Source of the DNA: Octopus vulgaris | Lineage: Eukaryota | Length of the DNA stretch: 64,000 bases | NCBI GenBank assembly: GCA_951406725.2 | Contig: OX597814.1 | Span: 40,982,001-41,046,000, forward strand | Direction: 5' to 3' | Shown here: positions 15,744 through 27,130 of the stretch, piece by piece | Numbering within the stretch: the first letter of the stretch is position 1 | Layout of the letters: every line of letters starts with the position of its first letter | The notes under the pieces: model-generated | Told to the model about the DNA's origin: nothing | Databases searched by the model: none | What the model saw: only the letters and a program-made list of their open reading frames with translations | Position numbers and translations under genes: made by a program

Positions 15744-15816
<73 letters not shown>
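15700..15816. repeat. (GAT)n-(AAT)n microsatellite
   Basis: Direct reading. Confidence 0.95.
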
Positions 15817-15879
15817 TGTTACAAACTGTTAATGATCTCAAAATGCATGTGTTTCCAAACGTTGCACAAAACTTTAGCA

Positions 15880-16648
15880 ACAGTAAATGGCTACGTGAGT
15901 GAGCCATCTTAGCTTCACCTAATGATGTTATCGACAAAATCAATTAGGATCTCTTGCATTTGTTGCCTGGAAATGAACAGTCTTTCAAATCAATCCACAT
16001 TGTGATTGATCAGGATCAACCTATAGTTTTTTCCAACTGAGTTCCTGAACTCTCTAAAGCTATCTGGGATGCCACCTCACAATTTAACACTTAAAAACGT
16101 GTCTGCAATCATGCATGCTGCTCAGGAATCTGGATTCTCCTCACCTGAACAATGACAGAAGATAGTTGTGAATGTGACGCAGCCCCATGTCCTTGAGGCA
16201 GCAATTATCACTAGGAAATATAAGGGTTAGGATGTCATCATTACACGGATCCTTTTAATCCCATCTTACCTCCCCTTTGAATTTAAACGCCTCCAATGAA
16301 ACTAAGTTTTGCTATGTCGATAAACAAATCTCAAGGATAATCTCTCAAGGTCTTTGGGCTTAACTTTCCTTCTCATTGCTTCTTTCATGGGCAATTAGAT
16401 GTAGGACGTTCGGGAGATGGAAGTCCCTAAACTCTTTTAATGTGTACCACAATTAAAGGATACACTGAAAACATTTTATATTTCGAAGTTCTACAAATTT
16501 AAGCTATGTGTGATTTCAGGGGTTGTTTTAATAATTTTGTGTATACTGACGTAATCATTTTTCTTAAAATATATCTTTTATCATAACAAATATATTTGTT
16601 TCCCTTAACATTCTTTAAACGTCCGAGCAACACCGGGTATGAGGGTAG
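15880..16648 (+). mobile_element. Helitron 3' remnant (Pif1-type helicase C-terminus, pseudogenised)
   Basis: PTEFLNSLKLSGMPPHNLTLK, MLLRNLD, LPFEFKRLQ, FAMSINKSQG*SL, CFFHGQL. 3' hairpin CCGAGCAACACCGG followed by a degenerate GTAG end. Confidence 0.9.
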
Positions 16649-17076
16649 TGTAAATATATATATCAGTAAAACAATTAAGATTCAAGTGAATTCCAATGAA
16701 TTCAAATGAATGCGGTACTTAACTTAGATGCACCAGAAATATTTATGGTATTAGCCATAAGATAATGTGGGGTGATTATAAACAGGAAAAAAGCAGCAAG
16801 AATGGATTAGTTGTTCAGTACAATTGTTTCATACGAAGAACAGATTTATTTAAAGCTGCAAATATTGCAGCAAATACAAGTGTCCAGTATTTATCAGCCA
16901 AAACACATATGAGTTTTCCAAACATCCTAGGGAGTGAGGCTACACTCATGAAGTATCGAAGAGAGTTCTATGAAAAGCAAAGTTAGGTTGTAAGCAGACT
17001 TAAAATGTTTTATAATGATGCACAGTTTTATAAAACGTTTTTAAAAAGATTGTTAGCTTCTCAGAAAAGGTAAATC

Positions 17077-17203
17077 AATCCATAATAATGCAGGTGTAAT
17101 TTCCGGAGATATGAGGAAAGATTTTATTCACAGAGAAGATGAATGTATCCATAATAATCCAGATGTACTTTCCTGATATATGAGGAAATGATGTTGATCA
17201 CAC
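17077..17203. repeat. Two-copy ~70-bp tandem duplication
   Basis: ATCCATAATAAT.CAG.TGTA.TTTCC.GA.ATATGAGGAAA occurs twice. Confidence 0.8.
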
Positions 17204-17294
17204 ATCTATTCAATTCACAAACTAAGTTGTTGGAAGAAGAGATTGGCTATAGTGGCTAAAAGAAGTCGCAAAATCCATTCATGTTGCTTTTTTC

Positions 17295-17363
<69 letters not shown>

Positions 17364-18589
17364 CACATACTCACTCACATACAGGGAACATATAAGAAAA
17401 CACACAACACGATATGTATAATGCTTGAATTAATGTATGCATCATAACACCCGGTTGTAATAGTTCAATATAAGAATTAATTGGATCTATTCAATGAAGA
17501 TTAACATTATTACTTGCATAATCCTTAAATATAACCAAGAAAGTGTTTCACGATTTGTTGCATTTCGGATCTCCACCTGTTTTGATTTTAGAATCTGTAC
17601 GCGATCCAAATTATTGTCGTGTAGATATATCTTATGCGGTATCCCTGCTACGTATATTTGTGATGTGACTACGATTAAAGTATACATTTGTCTTTTAATA
17701 TTCTGTGACAGACAGATGGGATTAAATTTAACCACCGGAGCACCTCTTCATGGACATTATAATTATGATACATAACACACAGAAATTTGGCTGTTTGAAA
17801 GGGAAAATCACGTGTCCCTGACACATTGAATAAGGCAAGGTTTCCGAATAAAGAAAAGTGTTAAATATTAAGAACAAAGTTTAGACGTGAATGAGCTAGT
17901 TTTAAAAGCAATAGACGAAATAAAATTTCAGCATAGATAAACAGTTGGCTAAATATGTTTACTAAATATATGTAATATTTTTCACTGAACTCAAAATTTG
18001 AAAACTGCTTTCACAATAAGATGGAATTTTGAATACGTATATCTACCACTGAAATCATGAGTATGAATTTATGAATTCTAGAAAACCAACACAATACCTG
18101 CAGAACACATTGAACTTAGACGGCAGAAAGTCGAGATCTTTAACAATACATGAATGGAGACTTATATATCAAAAGAATGCAATTCAAATCGTCACGTCAA
18201 TTTACAGACATTTATTTGAAGAATATACCTTGATAAAATGAATGATAAATAATGAATTTAGCATGTTGAAAGTATGAGTACTTTTATGATTAAACCCTTC
18301 TTTATTCTTTTTTCACCGGCTTCAAAAGCCTCCAAGGTAAATTTTGTCTCAATTTTCTTTAAACTTAGAACATCAATATTATTAAAGATCGTGCATGCAA
18401 ATGTTTTAGTATGAAATTTTACAATTTATCAGCACTGAATCTGTTAAAGAGAAAGAAAATATTTCAGATAGTATACTTAGAATGAGACATAAAAACTGAC
18501 TACATGCCATTTTATATAGAGAAAATACCTCGAGATTCTTATTTTCTTTAATGCTACTTCTTTCGTCTTGGTGGCATTTTATATACAAG

Positions 18590-18724
<135 letters not shown>

Positions 18725-19363
18725 TGTTTTGGCTATTGTAGTGGTAGTGTTAGTAGATGTTAGTAGTAGTGATTGTAGTGGTAATGATAACAGTAGTTAT
18801 CTACGCAACTACCTCGTCATAAGTATCATCATCCAGCCTGAACAAAACATACCACGTTCGCTATTTTGAAATATAACAATCAAATAGATTGAAAACAGCT
18901 TTGACCAAACAAACCAGAAAATATCACAAGCAAAAAAAAAACATATATGTTTATACAGCAAAACATACACATACACAAACACACATGCAAATACACACAT
19001 ATGCACACACATACGTGTATATAAAAGTATTAGTGTGTTGTGAATGTGTGCGTCCGGCAACATAAGTGTCATATCATCACATCGTTCCAGAATATAGGTA
19101 TATATGCATGCAAATCTCTGTATATCTTACATAGGATAATCGTATTCTATTCAAACTTTAGCATCAACAAAGCTGACCTTTAAGATATCTGTCTTCCATA
19201 TCAAAATAGATTCAAATCTGATCATATTTAACAATACTGTAGAATGCACGCTATTCAGACAGATTTGATGCTACTACCGTTAACATTCCACTTTGTTTAT
19301 GAAAACATATACCTGAAATTTTCTTTCTTTTCAACCTTCGTGTAGTTTCTCCCATTCTACATG

Positions 19364-19432
<69 letters not shown>

Positions 19433-19507
19433 TTGTATGTATGTATGCATGCGTGTATTAACAAATAGATAAACTTCAAGAAAACATTGTTTTGACAGTA
19501 GCGGACG

Positions 19508-19544
<37 letters not shown>

Positions 19545-21938
19545 ATATATTATTTTTTAAGCTTTTCCTATGGATTTAGTAAACTTCATTTTTATCAATG
19601 AAGTCTTGTTAGTATTGTATACAGCAAATAAGTATGGAACTAAATGATGGCATTGTAGTTAATATAATTTTTTACTACGATATATTTTACCATGCCTGTT
19701 GAGTTTTACATGTATAATAACATAGTTCACATCTTTTGTTATTTAATTTCGCCATTTCAATGTTGTTTCAGGAATTAGCTTAGCAGGATATACGCTTCCG
19801 ATGTGTTGATCTTCCCAAATATCATAACGGCAAATACCGCTGTGGATATCAAATGGTCGATATCTTTCAAAACAATATTTATTGCATATTTCTTAGAAGA
19901 CGTTTTGACATGAAATTTGATTTATAATTATTATATTTGTTTGCTTATTCACCCTAAGAATATTATACACACTCTGGGAAGTAATTTTCATCCCGTTTGA
20001 TCACTTAAGATAGTACGCACAATGCTTCTAACCGTAACATTACGGTAAATCATTCAATTCTACAATCGTCGAATATTCAATGTATTACTTACTTTGTTTC
20101 CTCATTGTTTTAATTGCATTACTATATTTTATACTTGTTATATATCTAAAGGCTCGGTTGACATACCTCCCGGAGAATAATGACAACGACGCCCTTATAA
20201 TCGTGCACCTGGGATTCATGCTAATTAGGAAAATGTGGTAGTCAGTGCCTCAGTAGTTGTGTGTGTGTGTGTGTGTGTGTATTTGTGTGTGTGAGGGCGA
20301 GGGCGTATCTGTGTGTGTAGTTACACCACACAAATGGACATGCAATTCACACACAAACATAAAATTGTCACTTCCAGACCGAGTTCGTCAACCATCTGGA
20401 TCACCATTTCTGCAGTCATATTCTTTCCAGGAAACTTAATTTCTATATATGAAGGAAATTAATGCCTCTGAATTCAGTTTCCTTTAATAAAATGAGGTAC
20501 ATTTATCAGAAATGTAAAGCTCAGATAATGTCTTTTCTGTTTAAATACATTTATAATCTCTCCGTATGCGGTTTTACGTTTCGCTGGCAAGATATCGAAA
20601 CACCTAGGACGTATGGACACGGTGATGCGTAAGACCTTGACTTTTGATAGGAATCGTGAAACATTTCGACCTAAAGTGTACTGCCCAAGAAATTGCTATT
20701 ATATTGCAATAAAAGTGTTTAGGGTAGGCACTCGAATGATTTTTTCCCTGGATAGGTTAGAGAATTTCTTATCCGTTTTCTCAAGAGGGTGTTTTGGTGC
20801 TTTCATCTTCCAGTAGATTCCTTGTTGCAATGAAGCGATTTGCCTCTTGAAGGATACACATATTGGACCAAGATTCGCTGTTATTTCAGTGATAGTAGTC
20901 ATGAAAATTAATATAGAGAGAATATATGGATTCTTGCCCTCATATACAGACAATAACGGATCATATCTAGTGAGTATTTTGTACCCGTTGCGATTTTTCC
21001 TAAATGTGCATGATAAAGAGTTATCGAAGCATATTTTTATCCCATGGGACACACTGAATGTGAGTTTGGACTTTCAGTCACCAGGTTCTGTACATTCTAG
21101 TTGCTGGGTACATTAGCTTTTATAACGAAAAGACAGAAATCTATTTTGAAATCGGTGAGTATTTCTTACACCTCACTTGCAGCTGTTATCAATAGAACTG
21201 CATATTCGTGATATTACCTAGACTTCACTGCGATAAGACAGTATACTAAGCAAGGTTAGTAAAAGTTGGTGTTTATATAATTGTACCATGTAAAGTACCA
21301 AAAGAAAATGCCACGGCCTACATATAATGTTTATGTGTGTCAGCGCGTGAGTGTGTAAGAAGGTTTGTGTCGATGTTTTTATGTATGCATGAATCTATAT
21401 TACAATATATATATACACTGACACATACACGCGCACACAAATAACTATGTGAGCGTTATATAAGTAGGTAAGAATATATGCATATACATGTATGTATGTA
21501 TATATGTATGTATGTATGTATGCTTGTATGTATGTATGTATGTATGTATGTATGTATGTATGTGTGTGAGTGTATGTGTGTGTGTACCCGTATGATTGTG
21601 TGTCTGATCTCTATAATACATTTGATATTGTTCTGAATATTCATATAAAAGGTACATAGTCTTATGGTTTCTATGATATTACGCTAACTTTCCCTTTACT
21701 TTATATTAAAAGAAATTCCTCTACATATTTCTGTCAAAATATTATTGGAAATTGATTGTTAAACTACAACATTTTTAAAATAGCCTTCGAGCAAAACATC
21801 TATGTAGAGATGGTAACACAGGAAAATTTAAAGTCATAAATATTCATATCTATGTAATTTTCTCAAAATATATCCACTCTCATACATACATACATACATA
21901 TGCATACACACACACTATAAATACACATATACATAGAA

Positions 21939-22045
<107 letters not shown>

Positions 22046-22089
22046 TGTGGTGTGTGTGTGTACAGATATGTATATTATATGTATATGTA

Positions 22090-23454
22090 TCTCTTATTAT
22101 AAAAGGCAGATTTTATCTGCCTCCCTTTGGGAGTTATAGAAATCTACAATATAGGATTTCTTCAATTACAATTTACCTGGCATTTTGAGAGTACAATGCA
22201 TCGCGTCATGCCAGGTCCAGTTTTTAAAATTTAAACTCCAATTAAGCAAAATTTACAGAAAACTCACATTCTGGTGTGTGTGTCAAATGCTTTTCTTAGT
22301 CTGGTTTACACCACACGCAAACGCACACACACACAAAGGGAGCGAATTGTTTCACTGACGCTATCACCCTTCTCCTCCTTTGTCTTTGCAAGTTGGCAGC
22401 TATTAAAGTGAAAACAGTGAATCCGACAGCGATAAAGAAAACGAATTGGTACCTGAATGGAGTGAAAATTTAAAAACTGTTTCTTTCGGTGAGTTTTCTG
22501 AAGAAACTGGAGCCACAGACTTTCCCAGAAGAGTAAAGCCTTAGACTATTTCTATTTACTTTTTCGAATGAGCCTATTTGAAATCATTACGCTAAACGTA
22601 AACAAACCGAAAGAAAGGATAGTTTGTTATTTCCCACAACCTTAAATGAAATTAAGGCCTATTTTGCCATAAATATTATTATGGGTATCAGAAAGTTACC
22701 CAGAATAACAAATTCTATCGTAAAATTTTGTTGTATACCCAATTGAATATTAGCTAATAACCCATTTTCTATAGCGATGTTTGAACAAAATTTTAATAAT
22801 TTTACAGAAAGTTACCCAGAATAACAAATTCTATCGTAAAATTTTGTTGTATACCCAATTGAATATTAGCTAATAACCCATTTTCTATAGCGATGTTTGA
22901 ACAAAATTTTAATAATTTTACAGAAAGTTACCCAGAATAACAAATTCTATCGTAAAATTTTGTTGTATACCCAATTGAATATTAGCTAATAACCCATTTT
23001 CTATAGCGATGTTTGAACAAAATTTTAATAATTTTACAGAAAGTTACCCAGAATAACAAATTCTATCGTAAAATTTTGTTGTATACCCAATTGAATATTA
23101 GCTAATAACCCATTTTCTATAGCGATGTTTGAACAAAATTTTAATAATTTTACAGAAAGTTACCCAGAATAACAAACGAGCCCTTCTGGGTATTAGCGCG
23201 CGTCTACGATGAGTCTACGATTTAAAAAACAATTACCATCATATTTTTCCATTTTAATGCATTTTTTTCGCTTTTATATAAGGGAAGTAACTCTCTAAAA
23301 ATATCTACGATGTGTCAACGATTTAAAGAAAAATTTACCTTAATTTTTTTTCAATTTTTAATGCATTTTTTGCTACTTTTTGGCTATAACTCTCTAAAAA
23401 TGCTTATATAGTTATTTCCCTTACAACCCGAGCAACGCCGGGCGATACTGCTAG
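22090..23454 (+). mobile_element. Non-autonomous Helitron with intact termini
   Basis: A|TC 5' end at 22090, subterminal hairpin CCCGAGCAACGCCGGG, CTAG|T 3' end at 23454, no TSD. Confidence 0.88.
22689..23176. repeat. 116-bp tandem repeat, ~4.2 apparently identical copies, inside the Helitron
   Basis: CAGAAAGTTACC starts at 22689, 22805, 22921, 23037 and 23153. Confidence 0.95.
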
Positions 23455-23697
23455 TATATATATAAAAATATATTTAATCAATATAGGGTGCCAAAAAAAT
23501 TTTGTAGAATTCTTTTGCCACCAGCGGCCTAGTGGGAAAAAATTAAATAGTCATAAACCATTTTTAAGTTCAACATCACAATCAAGGAACGGCCATAATA
23601 GGCCATTCACCCACTAGAAATAACAGCCAAAAGCTTTAACCGCAAAATAACATCAATTCCGTAAACCAGGAGAAAATTAAAAAACATTTACCCTGTA

Positions 23698-23804
23698 ATT
23701 TCTTAGACGATGCACCGTTTCATCTACTGTTTAATGGTAAACTAACCTGATTAAATTAAATCAAGCCAATCCACCATAGGCCCTTAGATTCATCAGTAAG
23801 AAAT
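23698..23804 (-). ncRNA. Type I hammerhead ribozyme, array copy 1
   Basis: AUUUCUUA-CUGAUGA-AUCUA...UAGAU-GAAA-CGGUGCAUCG-UC-UAAGAAAU. Confidence 0.9.
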
Positions 23805-24188
23805 AGCCAAGTCGGAACAGATATTTTTCACGAGGTATTCTCGTTGCTACCTCGGCAATATCTGACCTAAAATTTTCAAATCGTCGCACTCACGCCAAAT
23901 TTATCGGCAGCAAATAAATATAAGCCGCCGATTCCATTACGGAATTAACCAGAAAATTCATAATTAATCAATATAGGGTGCCAAAAAAAATTTTGTAGAA
24001 TTCTTTTGCCACCAGCGGCCTAGTGGGAAAAAATTAAATAGTCATAAACCATTTTTAAGTTCAACATCACAATCAAGGAACGGCCATAATAGGCCATTCA
24101 CCCACTAGAAATAACAGCCAAAAGCTTTAACCGCAAAATATCATCAATTCCGTAAACCAGGAGAAAATTAAAAAACATTTACCCTGTA

Positions 24189-24295
24189 ATTTCTTAGACG
24201 ATGCACCGTTTCATCTACTGTTTAATGGTAAACTAACCTGATTAAATTAAATCAAGCCAATCCACCATAGGCCCTTAGATTCATCAGTAAGAAAT
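24189..24295 (-). ncRNA. Type I hammerhead ribozyme, array copy 2
   Basis: Same intact core and helices as copy 1. Confidence 0.9.
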
Positions 24296-24675
24296 AGCCA
24301 AGTCGGAACAGATATTTTTCACGAGGTATTCTCGTTGCTACCTCGGCAATATCTGACCTAAAATTTTCAAATCGTCGCACTCGCGCCAAATTTATCGGCA
24401 GCAAATAAATATAAGCCGCCGATTCCATTACGGAATTAACCAGAAAATTCATAATTAATCAATATAGGGTGCCAAAAAAATTTTGTAGAATTCTTTTGCC
24501 ACCAGCGGCCTAGTGGGAAAAAATTAAATAGTCATAAACCATTTTTAAGTTCAACATCACAATCAAGGAACGGCCATAATAGGCCATTCACCCACTAGAA
24601 ATAACAGCCAAAAGCTTTAACCGCAAAATATCATCAATTCGTAAACCAGGAGAAAATTAAAACATTTACCCTGTA

Positions 24676-24782
24676 ATTTCTTAGACGATGCACCGTTTCA
24701 TCTACTGTTTAATGGTAAACTAACCTGATTAAATTAAATCAAGCCAATCCACCATAGGCCCTTAGATTCATCAGTAAGAAAT
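24676..24782 (-). ncRNA. Type I hammerhead ribozyme, array copy 3
   Basis: Same intact core and helices. Confidence 0.9.
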
Positions 24783-25155
24783 AGCCAAGTCGGAACAGAT
24801 ATTTTTCACGAGGTATTCTCGTTGCTACCTCGGCAATATCTGACCTAAAATTTTCAAATCGTCGCACTCGCGCCAAATTTATCGGCAGCAAATAAATATA
24901 AGCCGCCGATTCCATTACGGAATTAACCAGAAAATTCATAATTAATCAATATAGGGTGGCAAAAAAATTTTTTTTTTGCCACACGATATTGATTAATTAT
25001 GAATTTTCTGGTTAATTCCGCAATCGAATCGGCGGCTTATATTTATTTGCTGCCGATAAATTTGGCGCGAGTGCGACGATTTGAAAATTTTAGGTCAGAT
25101 ATTGCCGAGGTAGCAACGAGAATACCTCGTGAAAAATATCTGTTCCGACTTGGCT

Positions 25156-25262
25156 ATTTCTTACTGATGAATCTAAGGGCCTATGGTGGATTGGCTTGAT
25201 TTAATTTAATCAGGTTAGTTTACCATTAAACAGTAGATGAAACGGTGCATCGTCTAAGAAAT
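25156..25262 (+). ncRNA. Type I hammerhead ribozyme, array copy 4
   Basis: CTGATGA at 25164-25170; 8-bp helix I; 5-bp helix II base; GUC site with predicted cleavage after 25254. Confidence 0.9.
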
Positions 25263-25648
25263 TACAGGGTAAATGTTTTTTAATTTTCTCCTGGTTTACT
25301 GAATTGATGTTATTTTGCGGTTAAAGCTTTTGGCTGTTATTTCTAGTGGGTGAATGGCCTATTATGGCCGTTCCTTGATTGTGATGTTGAACTTAAAAAT
25401 GGTTTATGACTATTTAATTTTTTTCCCACTAGGCCGCTGGTGGCAAAAGAATTCTACAAAATTTTTCTTTGCCACCCTATATTGATTAATTATGAATTTT
25501 CTGGTTAATTCCGTAATGGAATCGGCGGCTTATATTTATTTGCTGCCGATAAATTTGGCGTGAGTGCGACGATTTGAAAATTTTAGGTCAGATATTTTCG
25601 AGGTAGCAACGAGAATACCTCGTGAAAAATATCTGTTCCGACTTGGCT

Positions 25649-25755
25649 ATTTCTTACTGATGAATCTAAGGGCCTACGGTGGTTTGGCTTGATTTAATTT
25701 AATCAGGTTAGTTTACCATTAAACAGTAGATGAAACGGTGCATCGTCTAAGAAAT
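25649..25755 (+). ncRNA. Type I hammerhead ribozyme, array copy 5
   Basis: Intact core; predicted cleavage after 25747. Confidence 0.9.
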
Positions 25756-26137
25756 TACAAATTAAATGTTTTTTATTTTTCTCCTGGTTTACGGAATTGA
25801 TGTTATTTTGCGGTTAAAGCTTTGGCTGTTATTTCTAGTGTGTGAATGGCCTATTATGGCCGTTCCTTGATTGTGATGTTGAACTTAAAAATGGTTTATG
25901 ACTATTTAATTTTTTCCCACTAGGCCGCTGGTGGCAAAAGAATTCTACAAAATTTTTTTTGCACCCTATATTGATTAATTATGAATTTTCTGGTTAATTC
26001 CGCAATCGAATCGGCGGCTTATATTTATTTGCTGCCGATAAATTTGGCGCGAGTGCGACGATTTGAAAATTTTAGGTCAGATATTGCCGAGGTAGCAACG
26101 AGAATACCTCGTGAAAAATATCTGTTCCGACTTGGCT

Positions 26138-26243
26138 ATTTCTTACTGATGAATCTAAGGGCCTATGGTGGATTGGCTTGATTTAATTTAATCAGGTTGG
26201 TTACCATTAAACAGTAGATGAAACGGTGCATCGTCTAAGAAAT
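26138..26243 (+). ncRNA. Type I hammerhead ribozyme, array copy 6
   Basis: Intact core; predicted cleavage after 26235. Confidence 0.9.
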
Positions 26244-26627
26244 TACAGGGTAAATGTTTTTTAATTTTCTCCTGGTTTACGGAATTGATGTTATTTTGCG
26301 GTTAAAGCTTTTGGCTGTTATTTCTAGTGGGTGAATGGCCTATTATGGCCGTTCCTTGATTGTGATGTTGAACTTAAAAATGGTTTATGACTATTTAATT
26401 TTTTCCCACTAGGCCGCTGGTGGCAAAAGAATTCTACAAAATTTTTTTTGACACCCTATATTGATTAATTATGAATTTTCTGGTTAATTCCGTAATGGAA
26501 TCGGCGGCTTATATTTATTTGCTGCCGATACATTTGGCGCGAGTGCGACGATTTGAAAATTTTAGGTCAGATATTGCCGAGGTAGCAACGAGAATACCTC
26601 GTGAAAAATATCTGTTCCGACTTGGCT

Positions 26628-26734
26628 ATTTCTTACTGATGAATCTAAGGGCCTATGGTGGATTGGCTTGATTTAATTTAATCAGGTTAGTTTACCATTA
26701 AACAGTAGATGAAACGGTGCATCGTCTAAGAAAT
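26628..26734 (+). ncRNA. Type I hammerhead ribozyme, array copy 7
   Basis: Intact core; predicted cleavage after 26726. Confidence 0.9.
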
Positions 26735-26929
26735 TACAGGGTAAATGTTTTTTAATTTTCTCCTGGTTTACGGAATTGATGTTATTTTGCGGTTAAAGCT
26801 TTTGGCTGTTATTTCTAGTGGGTGAATGGCCTATTATGGCCGTTCCTTGATTGTGATATATATAAATATATGTATATATATACATATATATATGCATATA
26901 TATATATATATATATATATGCGTGTGTGT

Positions 26930-27130
26930 GTCTCTCTTCCTTTGTCACCCACCAACGCTTAACAACCGAAGTTGGAATATTAGCGTCCCCGTAAAATAGC
27001 AGTTCGCCCCCAAAAAATAAAACGATAGGATAAGTACTAACATTGCAAAAATAGGTCCTGGAGTTGATATGTTCGACTAAAGGTGGTGCTCCAGCATAGC
27101 CAAAGTGAAATGACTGAAATAAATAAAAGA
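26930..27130 (+). mobile_element. SINE family 2, 3' part
   Basis: Tail CGACTAAAGGTGGTGCTCCAGCATAGCC...AAATGACTGAAA, as in 59158-59558. Confidence 0.8.

Larger units (their letters stand above)
23474..26857. mobile_element. Retrozyme-like tandem array of a ~490-bp hammerhead-bearing unit; 3 units (-) and ~3.8 units (+), inverted about ~24968
   Basis: Periods of 487-493 bp, near-identical units, one intact type I HHR per unit, TA-rich flanks on both sides. Confidence 0.9.

Noticed and set aside
16720-16990. Possible host exon on the minus strand (CCTAAC branch point, pyrimidine tract, TAG acceptor near 16969)
   Set aside because: All frames reach stops, the peptide is unrecognisable and no partner exons were found; a non-coding exon cannot be excluded
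20590-21060. Possible DNA transposon around the 117-aa minus-strand ORF
   Set aside because: No inverted termini and no transposase motif recognised
24940-25000. Inversion as a pure long-read fold-back artefact
   Set aside because: Arms differ in length, variants are not mirrored and the flanks are different; read-level confirmation is still needed
25060-25155. Internal Pol III promoter in the 490-bp unit (TGGCGCGAGTG ... GTTCCGACT)
   Set aside because: Both boxes deviate from consensus and several T4+ runs in the sense strand would terminate Pol III
22689-26857. CRISPR-like interpretation of the regular repeats
   Set aside because: Units are contiguous tandem copies with no unique spacers, the context is eukaryotic and there are no cas genes
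23474-26857. A second ribozyme in the opposite polarity (ambisense viroid-like element)
   Set aside because: No CUGANGA...GAAA core found by eye on the antisense strand; other ribozyme classes could not be excluded without a covariance search
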